From assembly GCA_965222225.1 (NCBI GenBank), contig CBDCTK010000002.1, positions 4,064,001-4,128,000 of the forward strand: a DNA stretch of 64,000 nt. Reading direction: 5' to 3'. Shown here one piece after another: positions 30,577 to 41,080 of this stretch. Each line of letters begins with the position of its first letter. Positions within the stretch are counted from its first letter, which is position 1. The notes beneath the pieces are model-generated. The model searched no databases. It worked only from the letters and a program-made list of their open reading frames with translations, and had not been told where the DNA came from. Both the position numbers and the translations under genes were made by a program. Source of the stretch: Candidatus Poribacteria bacterium. Its GTDB lineage: Bacteria; Poribacteria; WGA-4E; JAJDTR01.

Positions 30577-32520
30577 ATGCCGCTTGAACGAAACCAGTTC
30601 CGGGCATCCTCGGAGAAACGTAGTGCCTCCACGCTCACGCCTTGGCGTACTATTGCGGTCGGATTGGTGCTTATACCGCTGAATTGCTACTGGGTTATCA
30701 TGTCGGAGGATATATGGAATGCAGGACATCCGACGCTTACAACGCTATTTTTCAACACGGTTTTCAGTCTATTCGTCCTCCTGCTGATCAATCGGTTACT
30801 GCAAGAGATTGTCCCCCTAAGGGCAATGAAGCGCGATGAGTTATTGACAGTCTACGCCATGCTCTGCGTTGCAACTTCGATTGCCGGACATCACTTCCTC
30901 CCCTTGCTTGTCCCGATTATTCCTTATGCCTTTTGGTTTGCAACCCCCGAAAACGAATGGGCACAACTCATTCACCCTTATGTGCCGTCCTGGCTTTCAA
31001 TCAGCGACAAACGTGTTATGCAGGGATATTTCGAGGGCCAGTCCACCCTTTACACCCACGCTCACCTTTTCACCTGGATGCTCCCCGTCCTCTGGTGGTC
31101 GCTATTCATCCTTGCGCTCCTCACAGGGATGCTATGCCTTTGTGTGATCGTCCGAAAGCAGTGGGTCGAGAGTGAAAAACTCGCCTATCCTGTCATCCAA
31201 GTGCCGCTAGTAATGACACATCGGGAGTCTGGAGTGTTCAAGGCGAAGTTGCTGTGGGGAGGGTTTGCCATTGCCGCGGGAATCGATACCCTCAATGGAC
31301 TGCACTTCCTTTTCCCGGTTATGCCCTATTTGCACGTCAAAATGCGCAGTATCGGCCCCCTGTTCATGGACCCACCCTGGAACGCTATCGGCTGGACGCC
31401 TATTTCGTTCAATCCCTTTATCATCGGCATGAGTTTTTTCTTGCCGCTGGATCTATCCTTTTCTCTCTGGTTTTTCTATCTTTTTAGAAAGATACTGCAG
31501 GTACCGGTAGCGGTTGTCGGTGGCCATAGTTACCCGCGAGGTAGCGGCCGTTTTTTCGATCAACAAGCCCAAGGCGCATGGTTGGGTATCGCGGTTCTGG
31601 CGTTGTGGCTCACACGCCGACATTTTATGTCGGTCTTCCGAGGAATGCTCCGACCTCGCACTGCCTCGGATTGGGAGGAAGGTCGGTATCAGCGGTGGGC
31701 AATTGTAGGATTGGTGGCAAGCATGTTGTTTATCATTGCATTCTCATACTATGCCGGGATGTCCCTTTGGGTCGTTCTGGTGTTTTTTGGCATCGACTAC
31801 GCGATTTTCCTCGCATTGTCAAGAGCGCGTGCGGAGAGTGCCCCCGCTCACCAGAACTTGTGGGCTGTCAACGCGGGGGAAATCATGTTCAACATCTTTG
31901 GCTCTCGCCGATTGGGAGCGTCTAATCTGAGTGTGATTGCACTTTTTCGGTTCTTCAACCGGAATTATCCCAGTCATCCAATGCCGGAATATTTGGAAAA
32001 TCTCAAAATCGGCGAGCAAGCGAATATAGGCCTGCGATATCTTGTGATTGCCATGATGCTGGCAGCAGTTGTGGCAATTCCAGTTTCCTTTTGGATTCTG
32101 TTGCATTATTCTTACGAAGGCGGGGCGCCTTTTGCGTTCAGCGGCAGGGAAGGCTTCACAGCGATGTATAAAGGGTTGTCTCACCCATCAGGAACAAACT
32201 ATCGTGCGGTTCTGACAATGGGGCTAGGGTTTGGTTTTACCTTGGCGCTGATGGCGATGCGCCACCGATTCCTCTGGTGGCCATTTCACCCGGCGGGCTA
32301 TGCCTTCTCCATCAACTTTGGCACAGACTATATCTGGTTCTGCTTGGTGATCAGTTCCGCGGCAAAATGGGCAATCCTCAAATGTGGCGGGCTGAGAGCC
32401 CATCGGAAAGCCATTCCATTCTTCCTGGGGCTAGTCCTCGGCGAATTTGTGGTGGGTAGTTTTTGGAGTGCGCTCGGCATCATTCTCCGCATCCCGCCCT
32501 ATACCTTTTCAATTCACTAA
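30577..32520 (+). CDS. Polytopic membrane protein, DUF6785/DUF6784-like putative transporter
   Basis: Many TM segments; FATPENEW, RKQW..EKL.YP, WWPFHPAGY, PFFLGLVLGEF; paralog at 54590. Confidence 0.75.
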   Translation: MPLERNQFRASSEKRSASTLTPWRTIAVGLVLIPLNCYWVIMSEDIWNAGHPTLTTLFFNTVFSLFVLLLINRLLQEIVPLRAMKRDELLTVYAMLCVATSIAGHHFLPLLVPIIPYAFWFATPENEWAQLIHPYVPSWLSISDKRVMQGYFEGQSTLYTHAHLFTWMLPVLWWSLFILALLTGMLCLCVIVRKQWVESEKLAYPVIQVPLVMTHRESGVFKAKLLWGGFAIAAGIDTLNGLHFLFPVMPYLHVKMRSIGPLFMDPPWNAIGWTPISFNPFIIGMSFFLPLDLSFSLWFFYLFRKILQVPVAVVGGHSYPRGSGRFFDQQAQGAWLGIAVLALWLTRRHFMSVFRGMLRPRTASDWEEGRYQRWAIVGLVASMLFIIAFSYYAGMSLWVVLVFFGIDYAIFLALSRARAESAPAHQNLWAVNAGEIMFNIFGSRRLGASNLSVIALFRFFNRNYPSHPMPEYLENLKIGEQANIGLRYLVIAMMLAAVVAIPVSFWILLHYSYEGGAPFAFSGREGFTAMYKGLSHPSGTNYRAVLTMGLGFGFTLALMAMRHRFLWWPFHPAGYAFSINFGTDYIWFCLVISSAAKWAILKCGGLRAHRKAIPFFLGLVLGEFVVGSFWSALGIILRIPPYTFSIH

Positions 32521-32763
32521 GAACCTGTTTGAAAATTCATTTCGGATACAGTCATTTGCCCTGAAACCAATCTTGATTATCAAATCAAGATGGGATCTTC
32601 GTTTTCTCTCGAAAACTCAGTTTTTCGCTTGCACAATCCTGTAGGGTGGGCATTGCCCACCAGCCTTTGCAAGCCCCGGAGGGGCGGAAGCTGTATAGAA
32701 ACGCCGACACCTCAAGTCTTTAAAAGCCCCAGCGCGGGATCAAACGAGTGAATAACGAATGCC

Positions 32764-32863
32764 GTAGGTTGGGTTGAGTGATTAAATGCGAATCGCTATC
32801 AAGCACAATGAGGTCCTGTTCTTCAATGAGGCAGACTTGAACCGAAATAGAACGAAACCCAAC
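32764..32863 (+). repeat. REP with a 76-nt loop, preceded by a partial modular repeat (32736-32762)
   Basis: GTAGGTTGGGTTGA...GAAACCCAAC. Confidence 0.75.
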
Positions 32864-33185
32864 ACCTCAATCCAACCCACGTGTTGATTATCAAGTTCGG
32901 ATTCACTACACGTGGGAGTTTCCAGTTGTATTGAACCTCGAACGCCGTGTGAGTAATTTTTATGGCGTTGACGCCCTTCAACCTAACCTACATGGGACTG
33001 ATATAGCTACAAATTGTGGCAGACCCGCCCGAACGGTTACCCCTTATTCCTTCACAACCTACCGACATCTTGACATTGTCCCAAAGATTGAGTAGAATCC
33101 CCAATGTTGGGAGTGTCCGCTGCAAAAAGCGCTGCCTCGCGACAAACTAACTTTCAATATTAGTCTACATTTATTATTAACTTTC

Positions 33186-34432
33186 GGAATTAGTAGCTTG
33201 TAGCTTTTAGACTGACGACAAACATAAAACTTGGTACCCTGTCGTAAATCTTTTCGTCACACGTAGATGTCCATAGTGACTATTCTTCTCGTAGGAGTTT
33301 GCTATGGACATTTTGAATCTTATGAAAGAGTTTCCAAATCAAGAATCTTGTCTCAGATTTATAGAGGAAAAACGTTGGAAGGACGGTGTTTGCTGTATCC
33401 ACTGTGGCAGTGAAAAAGTTGGACGCAAGAACAAAAACGACATTACTACTGGTTGGAATTGCTACGATTGTGAATCTAGCTTTTCGGCTACAGCAGGAAC
33501 CATCTTCCATGGTACCAAGATACCTCTCCAGAAATGGTTTTTGGCTATCTCAATTCTTTCCAATGCCAAGAAAAGCATATCGAGTTGTCAGCTTGCTCGT
33601 GACTTGGACATGAATCAAAAGTCCGCTTGGTATATGGCAATGCGCCTCCGTGAGAAAATGAGTGATAGTGATGAATTGCTGAAAGGGATAGTTGAAGCGG
33701 ACGAAACCTATGTCGGCGGCAAACCCAGAGCAAAATCTAAGAGAGGTAGAGGCACAAATAAATCTCCCGTCATCGGCGTAGTCGAGAGAGGCGGTCGGGT
33801 GGTTGCTAAATTCATGAAGGTTCTATCTGGTGAAAATATCAGAGAATTCATCCTTAGCAATGTCTCACCCGATGAGTCTATTCTTATGACTGATGAATTT
33901 CGCTCTTACAATAGTCTGGACGAAGATATCGAAAGACATGTTATCCATCACCAAGAGAGATATGTTTCTGAGGACGGCGTAACTCACACCAACACCATCG
34001 AGTCGTTTTGGGCTTGTGTCAAGAGGTCATTCTACGGAACGCATCATCACTACAGCAAGAAGTGGCTGCCACTGTATATCATGGAGTCTTGCTGGAAATA
34101 TAATCGCAGAAAAGATGATGAGATTTTCATAAGATTTTTTGATGAATGCTTCACCTGAGCCACATGAATTGTTTGGCTATCGGTATATTCTGTCAACGAC
34201 AACATCATGGTGTGCTGAAAATCCCATAGTGTTGGAAATTAAAATCCCGCAGATAACCCGCAATGCTCCCGCGAGCATGTACAAACGCTTGGTCAACATG
34301 ATATGCCTCCATTTCTCTCTTATAGAGATGTATTTTAGTGTGAATCAAGATTCCGAACACTGTCTAAAATGATTGTACATTAAGAAGAGAAAAGCAAGCA
34401 AATCGACCAAAAAGCAGTTAACTACTAAGTCC
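33186..34432 (+). mobile_element. IS1595-family insertion sequence
   Basis: Imperfect inverted repeats GGAATTAGTAGCTTGTAGCTTTT and GGACTTAGTAGTTAACTGCTTTT (17/23); AT-rich. Confidence 0.75.
33304..34158 (+). CDS. IS1595-family (ISXO2-like) transposase
   Basis: Zn ribbon CIHCGS..CYDC, VEADETYVGGK, TDE, HTNTIESFW. Confidence 0.93.
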   Translation: MDILNLMKEFPNQESCLRFIEEKRWKDGVCCIHCGSEKVGRKNKNDITTGWNCYDCESSFSATAGTIFHGTKIPLQKWFLAISILSNAKKSISSCQLARDLDMNQKSAWYMAMRLREKMSDSDELLKGIVEADETYVGGKPRAKSKRGRGTNKSPVIGVVERGGRVVAKFMKVLSGENIREFILSNVSPDESILMTDEFRSYNSLDEDIERHVIHHQERYVSEDGVTHTNTIESFWACVKRSFYGTHHHYSKKWLPLYIMESCWKYNRRKDDEIFIRFFDECFT

Positions 34433-34655
34433 CTATAAATTTGGAATTCCGCCGTGGATTGTAAGAGTATTTTGGGTGTTAATGATGTTTCCGTTGTCAG
34501 GAACCCCGATTATCGCATATGTTACTTTGTGAGCATTGATGCCTAAAGAGTATGAATTCCCAGAAAATTTCGATAGTCGAACCGACAGTCATTGACGCTA
34601 TCAATAGTTGTTGGAAACCGTGCCGTTTTTTTCCGTCAGTTAGACCTCGTGCTTG

Positions 34656-34820
34656 TTAGAGCATCCAATTCTTTAGATCTTTCCACAGCAGTGAACTCGG
34701 TCTGAGATATTCTCCTCCCAACTTTTCGTAAAATCGCCGATACGGATTTCTCGAATACATATTCACACCCATGCTATAGATCCCGTCTGTCCGAACCCAA
34801 TTCACCACCAGCTCAAACAC
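34656..34820 (-). pseudogene. GNAT acetyltransferase C-terminal remnant
   Basis: NPYRRFYEKLGG motif with no N-terminal half. Confidence 0.45.
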
Positions 34821-36003
34821 ATGATTGGTCGCAACTTTCTGCATGATACCCTCCCGTGTTGAAGAGCACAACTCGTTCCGATTTATCTACCTGTCCGGCT
34901 TCTACTAACTTCATCAGCCCTGCCACAGTCGCCGCGCCTTCGGGGCAGGCGAGGATACCCTCATTCGTCCCTAAGAGTTGCGCCGCATTCAGAATTTCTT
35001 CATCGGTGACGGAAACCGCCGAGCCGCCACTCTGCCGAATTGCGTCCAAGATTAGAAAGTCACCAACTGCCTGCGGCACACGCAATCCCGCCGCAATAGT
35101 ATGAGCGCCGATCCACGGATCCGCTTCCGCGTTACCCGCTTCCCACGCTTTGACAATTGGGGCACAGCCCCCAGCTTGCACCGAAATCATACGTGGACGT
35201 TTGTCATCAATCCAGCCAATCGCTTCCAATTCTTGGAATCCCTTCCACATCCCCACAATCCCGGTTCCTCCACCCGTCGGATAGATGACGGCGTCCGGGA
35301 GCTGCCAATCAAATTGCTCCGCAAGCTCAAGTCCCATGGTCTTTTTTCCTTCGACGCGGTACGGTTCTTTGAGCGTGGAGACATCAAACCAGTTTTCTTC
35401 TGCCTTCCGCTCCGCGACAATCTTGCCGGCATCTGTAATCAACCCGTCGACAAGCGTGACCGATGCCCCAGCCATACGGCAGGTATTTCGGTTGAACGCC
35501 GGGGTGTCTTGCGGCATGAAGATATTCGCTTCCATCCCGGCTCTTGCCGCGTAGATTGCCAAAGCCGTTGCCGCATTGCCGGCGGACGGAATAGCTAACT
35601 TCGTTAATCCAAGTTCCTTTGCTTTGGAAACAGCCATTGCCAGACCACGCGCCTTGAAACTACCGCCGGGAAGAGGCGATTCATCCTTGACCCAAAGTGC
35701 TTCTAACCCCAACAACTTGCCTAGACGCTGCGTCCTGATAAGCGGTGTCATTATTTCGCCAAGTGAAACCGTGTGAGCGGGGTCAATTAACGGGAGCAGT
35801 TCCGTGTACCGCCAAAACGAGGCAACACGCTCCAAGAGTGCAGACTTGCCCCATGCTTGGGCAATTTTATCTAAGTCGTAGCGTGCAAACAGCGGTTTTC
35901 CACAGGATGTGCACTGATTCTGTGGTTGTTCATGGTTGTAGGTTTGAGCACACTTACTGCATTCGAGGTGAGTCAAGTAATTCACGGGATTTTTCATTCG
36001 CAT
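34813..36003 (-). CDS. thrC: Threonine synthase
   Basis: GSFKARG (PLP lysine), PSAGNA, YRVEGKKTMG, PTGGGTG, CPEGA. Confidence 0.92.
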   Translation of the reverse strand: MRMKNPVNYLTHLECSKCAQTYNHEQPQNQCTSCGKPLFARYDLDKIAQAWGKSALLERVASFWRYTELLPLIDPAHTVSLGEIMTPLIRTQRLGKLLGLEALWVKDESPLPGGSFKARGLAMAVSKAKELGLTKLAIPSAGNAATALAIYAARAGMEANIFMPQDTPAFNRNTCRMAGASVTLVDGLITDAGKIVAERKAEENWFDVSTLKEPYRVEGKKTMGLELAEQFDWQLPDAVIYPTGGGTGIVGMWKGFQELEAIGWIDDKRPRMISVQAGGCAPIVKAWEAGNAEADPWIGAHTIAAGLRVPQAVGDFLILDAIRQSGGSAVSVTDEEILNAAQLLGTNEGILACPEGAATVAGLMKLVEAGQVDKSERVVLFNTGGYHAESCDQSCV

Positions 36004-36585
36004 ATCTCACAGTGCTGCTATACTCGTGGTACCGTCGTCACTATACCCATGCCGCGCCATTGACACTGGAGGGAACAAGCTTAAAAGTTCTGTTTTTCTC
36101 AAGGCTCACACATGCCGATTATAACATACCAAGATCCAATTATCAATTTACCTAAAATCGAACCGACGAGCTGACACATCTTCAGTTTCTCAATCGCGTA
36201 GCGCTGGTCTTTCACCGTCACCGAGGATGCCGCGGACGAAGGCGGAGTTGCTCATATTCACAATGCTTTGAGGTCGTCGTGAATGTGAACACAATCCGTT
36301 GGCAATACGGTATCTCTGTAGGTATAATATAAATACGACTTACTCAGTAACAGGGGGCCGGATCTCTATCGTGCACCTTATTCACTCGCATAATCGCTCC
36401 TGCAAGGATTATAGCGCAGCAGCGGACAATAAACTGCCGTGCGGTGAACCTTTTATGTGTTCAACTGCGTAAGTCCTAATAAACAATCACGTCACTTGCC
36501 AGCCTTCGATTGATAACGCGGGTGATTTTGAAAGTTACTATAGGCTTGATGGCTGAACGCCGAAGATTATAAGGAGGGACGAGTT

Positions 36586-37719
36586 TTGAAGAGTATCTTC
36601 CTCAAGGACATGGCATACCGTCGGACACGAGTCGTGTTGACGGCAATCGGAATTACCGTCCTGATACTGCTGATTCTGTTCCTCGGTGGAATCATGAACG
36701 GGATGCGCATTCAAGCCACACAGTACGTCGAATCAACCGGCGCCGATATTTGGATTTCCGCTGAAGGTTCCGGAGGCGCATTTATCGGGTTTTCGATGCT
36801 GATTGAGGAGTACATGGCTTCGCTTAGCGTGGCTCCTGGTTTGGAACCACACTCGGCCTCCCCACTTGTTTTTGCGCAGGCGCGTCCTATCATTCGAGGT
36901 AAACCGAGCAAAGCGATTGTCGTTGGTTATCAGCCCGGGAAACTTGGGGGGCCGGCTCAGGTGCTCGAAGGAATAATGTTTTCCAAGAGCAAGTTCACCA
37001 ATTACAGCCCGGAGGCTACGCCAGATCTACACGTGGTTGTCGATGAGAAAATGGGGCTTGAAATCGGTGAGCGAATTGTTATTGGCGGTAAAGAACTCAA
37101 AGTCGTTGGTAAAGTCAAGAGCCTTATGTTTGTGCTGGATACCCCCCTACTATTCATGAACGTACGAACCGCCCAAAACGTGCTGCTTGGGAACTATCCT
37201 CGGGTGAATATGATGATTGCAAAGAGCGGAAAGGGGTTTACCCCGGAGCAAGTTGTTAAACAGTTTGAGTATTCCCCGTTGAAAATCGAAGTACGTACGC
37301 TTCAGCAGACAATCGGTGACATTATCGACTACTACGTTGTTAGCCCAATGAGAGCGGTTACATTTCTTCGCGTGATGCTCTGGTTGGCAGCGGGAATTCT
37401 CGTCGGGATGATTACGTATGTAACAACCCTCGAAAAAACACAGGAGATTGGTGTACTGAAAGCGATCGGAGCATCCAATATGTACGTGATGCAATTAATC
37501 CTCAAGCAGGTAGTTTTAATATCCATCGTCGGCGTTTTGTGCGGACTAATCTTGGCATTCATCTTCGCCGCGGCTGCTCCAATTTTTGTTTCAATCCATT
37601 TGCTTGAATCCATCATCGTAGCAGGGATCAGTTTTATAGTGTGTTGCTTTAGCGGGTATCTTGCGGCGCGAAAGGCGGTCACGGTTGACCCGATGCTCGC
37701 ATTCAGAGGCGAGATTTGA
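36586..37719 (+). CDS. ABC transporter permease, FtsX/MacB family
   Basis: EIGVLKAIGAS, four-TM topology, C-terminal VDPM. Confidence 0.9.
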   Translation: MKSIFLKDMAYRRTRVVLTAIGITVLILLILFLGGIMNGMRIQATQYVESTGADIWISAEGSGGAFIGFSMLIEEYMASLSVAPGLEPHSASPLVFAQARPIIRGKPSKAIVVGYQPGKLGGPAQVLEGIMFSKSKFTNYSPEATPDLHVVVDEKMGLEIGERIVIGGKELKVVGKVKSLMFVLDTPLLFMNVRTAQNVLLGNYPRVNMMIAKSGKGFTPEQVVKQFEYSPLKIEVRTLQQTIGDIIDYYVVSPMRAVTFLRVMLWLAAGILVGMITYVTTLEKTQEIGVLKAIGASNMYVMQLILKQVVLISIVGVLCGLILAFIFAAAAPIFVSIHLLESIIVAGISFIVCCFSGYLAARKAVTVDPMLAFRGEI

Positions 37720-37732
37720 GGGGAGAATTCAG

Positions 37733-38407
37733 ATGGGAATTGTGGTCGAAGGAAAAGGTTTAACCAAACGCTTTGGCGAAGGCGAGGCGGGCGTGGTCGC
37801 TGTTGACAGTGTTGACATCACCATTCAAGAAAGCGAGTTGGTGATGTTGATGGGAGACAGTGGTTGCGGTAAAACGACCCTAATCAGCCTGCTAGGTTGC
37901 ATCCTCACCCCCAGCGAAGGCGAATTGTGGATTGATGGCAAACAGATTAACCATCCCGATCAGGACCTTTCCGTCATCCGACGAGAGAAAATTGGTTTCG
38001 TCTTTCAGCTCTTTCATCTCCTTCCATATTTGACCGCACTTGAGAACGTTATAGTCGCCATGGATCTTGCGGGCAAAAAGAGCGATCAAGCCGAGAATCG
38101 CGCCAAGGAGTTGCTGGCGCAGGTAGGATTGGGAGATCGTTTAGGGCACCGTCCCTCACAGCTTTCCGGAGGGGAAAAACAGCGTGTCTCTTTCGCGCGC
38201 GCACTCGCCAACAACCCGAAGATAGTTTTCGCCGATGAACCCACCGCTAATTTGGATAGCCGCCAAAGCGAAAACCTTATGGGCCTCGTCCGAGAGCTGA
38301 GACAAGAGCACCGTACAACAATTGCAATCGTCACACACCACGAAGGATTGAAAAAAGATGCCGACCGAATCGTCCAGATGAAAGACGGCCGGATTGTGTC
38401 GGAATAA
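37733..38407 (+). CDS. ABC transporter ATP-binding protein (LolD-like)
   Basis: GDSGCGKTT, LSGGEKQRV, ADEPTANLD. Confidence 0.95.
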   Translation: MGIVVEGKGLTKRFGEGEAGVVAVDSVDITIQESELVMLMGDSGCGKTTLISLLGCILTPSEGELWIDGKQINHPDQDLSVIRREKIGFVFQLFHLLPYLTALENVIVAMDLAGKKSDQAENRAKELLAQVGLGDRLGHRPSQLSGGEKQRVSFARALANNPKIVFADEPTANLDSRQSENLMGLVRELRQEHRTTIAIVTHHEGLKKDADRIVQMKDGRIVSE

Positions 38408-38413
38408 AAGGAA

Positions 38414-39901
38414 TTGGAAACGAGTATCGGGGTCGCAGGAAACGCATACCTTAGACATGGACAAATATTGAAATGGAGAAACAGTGAATCGAGGCATCGT
38501 CACACGGCTTGGATGAGTATTTTGTTAATCCTTTTCACCTTACTCGTCCATGGACGAGCATTTGCTGAATTATACGAAGGTCCCCCGGATCTTGAGGAAT
38601 TGGCAATGGGGCAGGGAGGGCTAACCGGAGGTGGTTTGTCATTCATTGACGGCGATCCGTTCGTTCGTTTCCAAGTTCAGCCGGATATCGGAATCGGTAA
38701 GGTCGGATTTGGGCTGGGTTTCGTGCTGCTCTATAATCCGGATGCGCAGGAGGGAGAGGATCAGATACTTGCTGAAGATGCGGAAATGTGGGATAATCCC
38801 GGCACGATGCTGCGCGCCATTCGTTACATACGTTATGCGCAGCCACGCGACCCGTTCTATGCACGTCTCGGTGAATTGGGTTTCGTGACGATCGGGCATG
38901 GGTTAATCATGTCCGGGTATTCTAACTACGTCCGCCGCGGCATTAGAGCCAATCTCAGAACCGAATCACGTAGAATTGGAGCCGAATCGGTAATCAATGA
39001 CCTCGTAAATCCGAGGATATTTGGAGGTCGTTTATTCATCCGACCGCTACAGGGAATTAATACGGCATCAATGCTCGGCGGATTGGAACTCGGTGCGACT
39101 TACCTGACCGACATCACGCCGGATATCATTCCCGATGACGAGACACCCGGCAAAGAGAATACAATCGATGAAGTTCCATTGATAGCATTGAGCGTCGATG
39201 TTGGATTCCCTCTTATTGAGAACGAGCTGTTCCGGTTGGATTTATACGATGAGTTCGCGTTCCTCAACACGCAATCAAGCATCAAGGATTTAGCAGAATC
39301 TGAACCTCCGTCCGGGAACGCGATAGGGATCGGGTTGACATTCCCTAGTTCGCTCTTCAAAGTCGAGTACCGTACCTTTACCGCGGGTTTTATCCCGACG
39401 GTATTTGATTATTCCTACCAAGCTTCCGCCGTTGATTCCGTTCCCGTGTTCCTCGGACTAGGGCCAGACGTAGATAAAGGAAAGGCGAGGTACGGGTATT
39501 TCTCCATGTTTGCTTGGCAACCGATCCCGATGCTCCATATACTGGGGGCATTTGAGGACTACAATATCAGCTATCCGAAGTTGTACGCTGGTATTACTGA
39601 ATCCGGTATAGTTCAAAAAATATCGTTCCGGGCGTTCTATACCAAGCGAGACCTTGGTGAACCCGATATCGGATACCCCGACACCGAAGGCAGCGAGGAC
39701 CCAAGCCTCCTCAAAGATTTGTTCCACCTTGATGAAAAATCCGCACTAATTGTTCGCGTCGAATACGAGCTATATAAGCCCGTCGTAGTAGCAGTCGTCC
39801 GTGAGTTTCGTTTTCGTCAGAGGGAAGACGCGGATGGTTTGACCGATTTTGAAACCATCCAAAAAACCACAGTCGAAGTCGGTCTTAATCTTCAGTTTTG
39901 A
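38414..39901 (+). CDS. Hypothetical exported, probably outer-membrane beta-barrel protein
   Basis: Signal-like segment, amphipathic strands, terminal Phe; the start may lie further downstream. Confidence 0.65.
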   Translation: METSIGVAGNAYLRHGQILKWRNSESRHRHTAWMSILLILFTLLVHGRAFAELYEGPPDLEELAMGQGGLTGGGLSFIDGDPFVRFQVQPDIGIGKVGFGLGFVLLYNPDAQEGEDQILAEDAEMWDNPGTMLRAIRYIRYAQPRDPFYARLGELGFVTIGHGLIMSGYSNYVRRGIRANLRTESRRIGAESVINDLVNPRIFGGRLFIRPLQGINTASMLGGLELGATYLTDITPDIIPDDETPGKENTIDEVPLIALSVDVGFPLIENELFRLDLYDEFAFLNTQSSIKDLAESEPPSGNAIGIGLTFPSSLFKVEYRTFTAGFIPTVFDYSYQASAVDSVPVFLGLGPDVDKGKARYGYFSMFAWQPIPMLHILGAFEDYNISYPKLYAGITESGIVQKISFRAFYTKRDLGEPDIGYPDTEGSEDPSLLKDLFHLDEKSALIVRVEYELYKPVVVAVVREFRFRQREDADGLTDFETIQKTTVEVGLNLQF

Positions 39902-40060
39902 AAAATTACGAGAAGTTCCAACCGTCTTAATGGTACAAGATAGTTAGGAGATTACTTGGGCATGAGACGGTGTGCACCTGTTCTGAATCCTCGGCCTCCG
40001 GGACTTTACCATCCACCTCGCAATCACTATCGTATCCGAGTCATGATATAAGGACCAACC

Positions 40061-41080
40061 TTGCTCACCTACATCTTTAAGCGCTTACTTTCGATGTTCC
40101 TTTCTCTTTTTGGTGTGTCGCTACTCGTGTTCTTCATGATTCACCTCATCCCCGGGGATGCAGCGCTTGCGATTTTGGGCGAGCGAGCAACGGAAGAGGC
40201 GTTGACGGAACTTCGGCAAGAGATGGGCCTTGATAAACCCCTTTACCACCAATATGGTGCATTCCTGTGGAATCTTGCCCATCTTGACCTAGGCAGATCG
40301 TTTAAGACGAGGCAGCCGGTCGTTGATGAAATTAAACGTTATTTTCCCGCTACGGTCGAATTGACAATGGCAGCCATGGCGTTTGCGATTCTGTTCGGAA
40401 TGGCTGCCGGAATCATTGCTGCCGCTAATCGCGGCAAATTCTGGGATTACGCCACGATGTTCGGCTCACTTGCCGGTGTCTCAATGCCGATTTTCTGGCT
40501 TGGATTGATGCTAATTCTCCTGTTCGCGTATACCTTTCCGATTCTCCCAAGCTCGCAACGACTGGACGCGGTTTTAGATCTTGGTGTTCAGCACCGGACC
40601 CACTTCTACTTGATTGATACACTCCTCTCCGGAAATTTAACCGCGTTTCGCAGCGCGCTTTCGCACCTTATACTACCCGCCATCACACTTGGCACCGTAC
40701 CACTTGCGATTATCGCACGCATGACGCGGTCGAGCCTGCTTGAGGTGCTAAACCAACCGTATATCATGACTGCCCGTGCAAAGGGACTTCCCGAGCGGGT
40801 CGTTGTTCTCAAACATGCATTAAAAAATAGTATGATTTCTGTGTTGACAATTATCGGTCTACAGTTTGGATATCTGATGAGCGGCGCCATTCTAACAGAA
40901 CATATCTTTTCATGGCCCGGTCTAGGATCATGGTTGCGAGCTTCTGTGGAAGCCCGCGATATTCGTCCCATTCAGGGAGGCGTACTCTTTGTGGCTGCCG
41001 TGTTTATGACCGTGAACTTGGTAGTAGACCTGCTCTACGTCTACTTTGACCCGCGAATCAGGGTGGGAGAAAACGCGTGA
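40061..41080 (+). CDS. dppB: Dipeptide/oligopeptide ABC permease
   Basis: PATVEL, P.FWLGLML, TARAKGL..HAL.N. Confidence 0.9.
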   Translation: MLTYIFKRLLSMFLSLFGVSLLVFFMIHLIPGDAALAILGERATEEALTELRQEMGLDKPLYHQYGAFLWNLAHLDLGRSFKTRQPVVDEIKRYFPATVELTMAAMAFAILFGMAAGIIAAANRGKFWDYATMFGSLAGVSMPIFWLGLMLILLFAYTFPILPSSQRLDAVLDLGVQHRTHFYLIDTLLSGNLTAFRSALSHLILPAITLGTVPLAIIARMTRSSLLEVLNQPYIMTARAKGLPERVVVLKHALKNSMISVLTIIGLQFGYLMSGAILTEHIFSWPGLGSWLRASVEARDIRPIQGGVLFVAAVFMTVNLVVDLLYVYFDPRIRVGENA

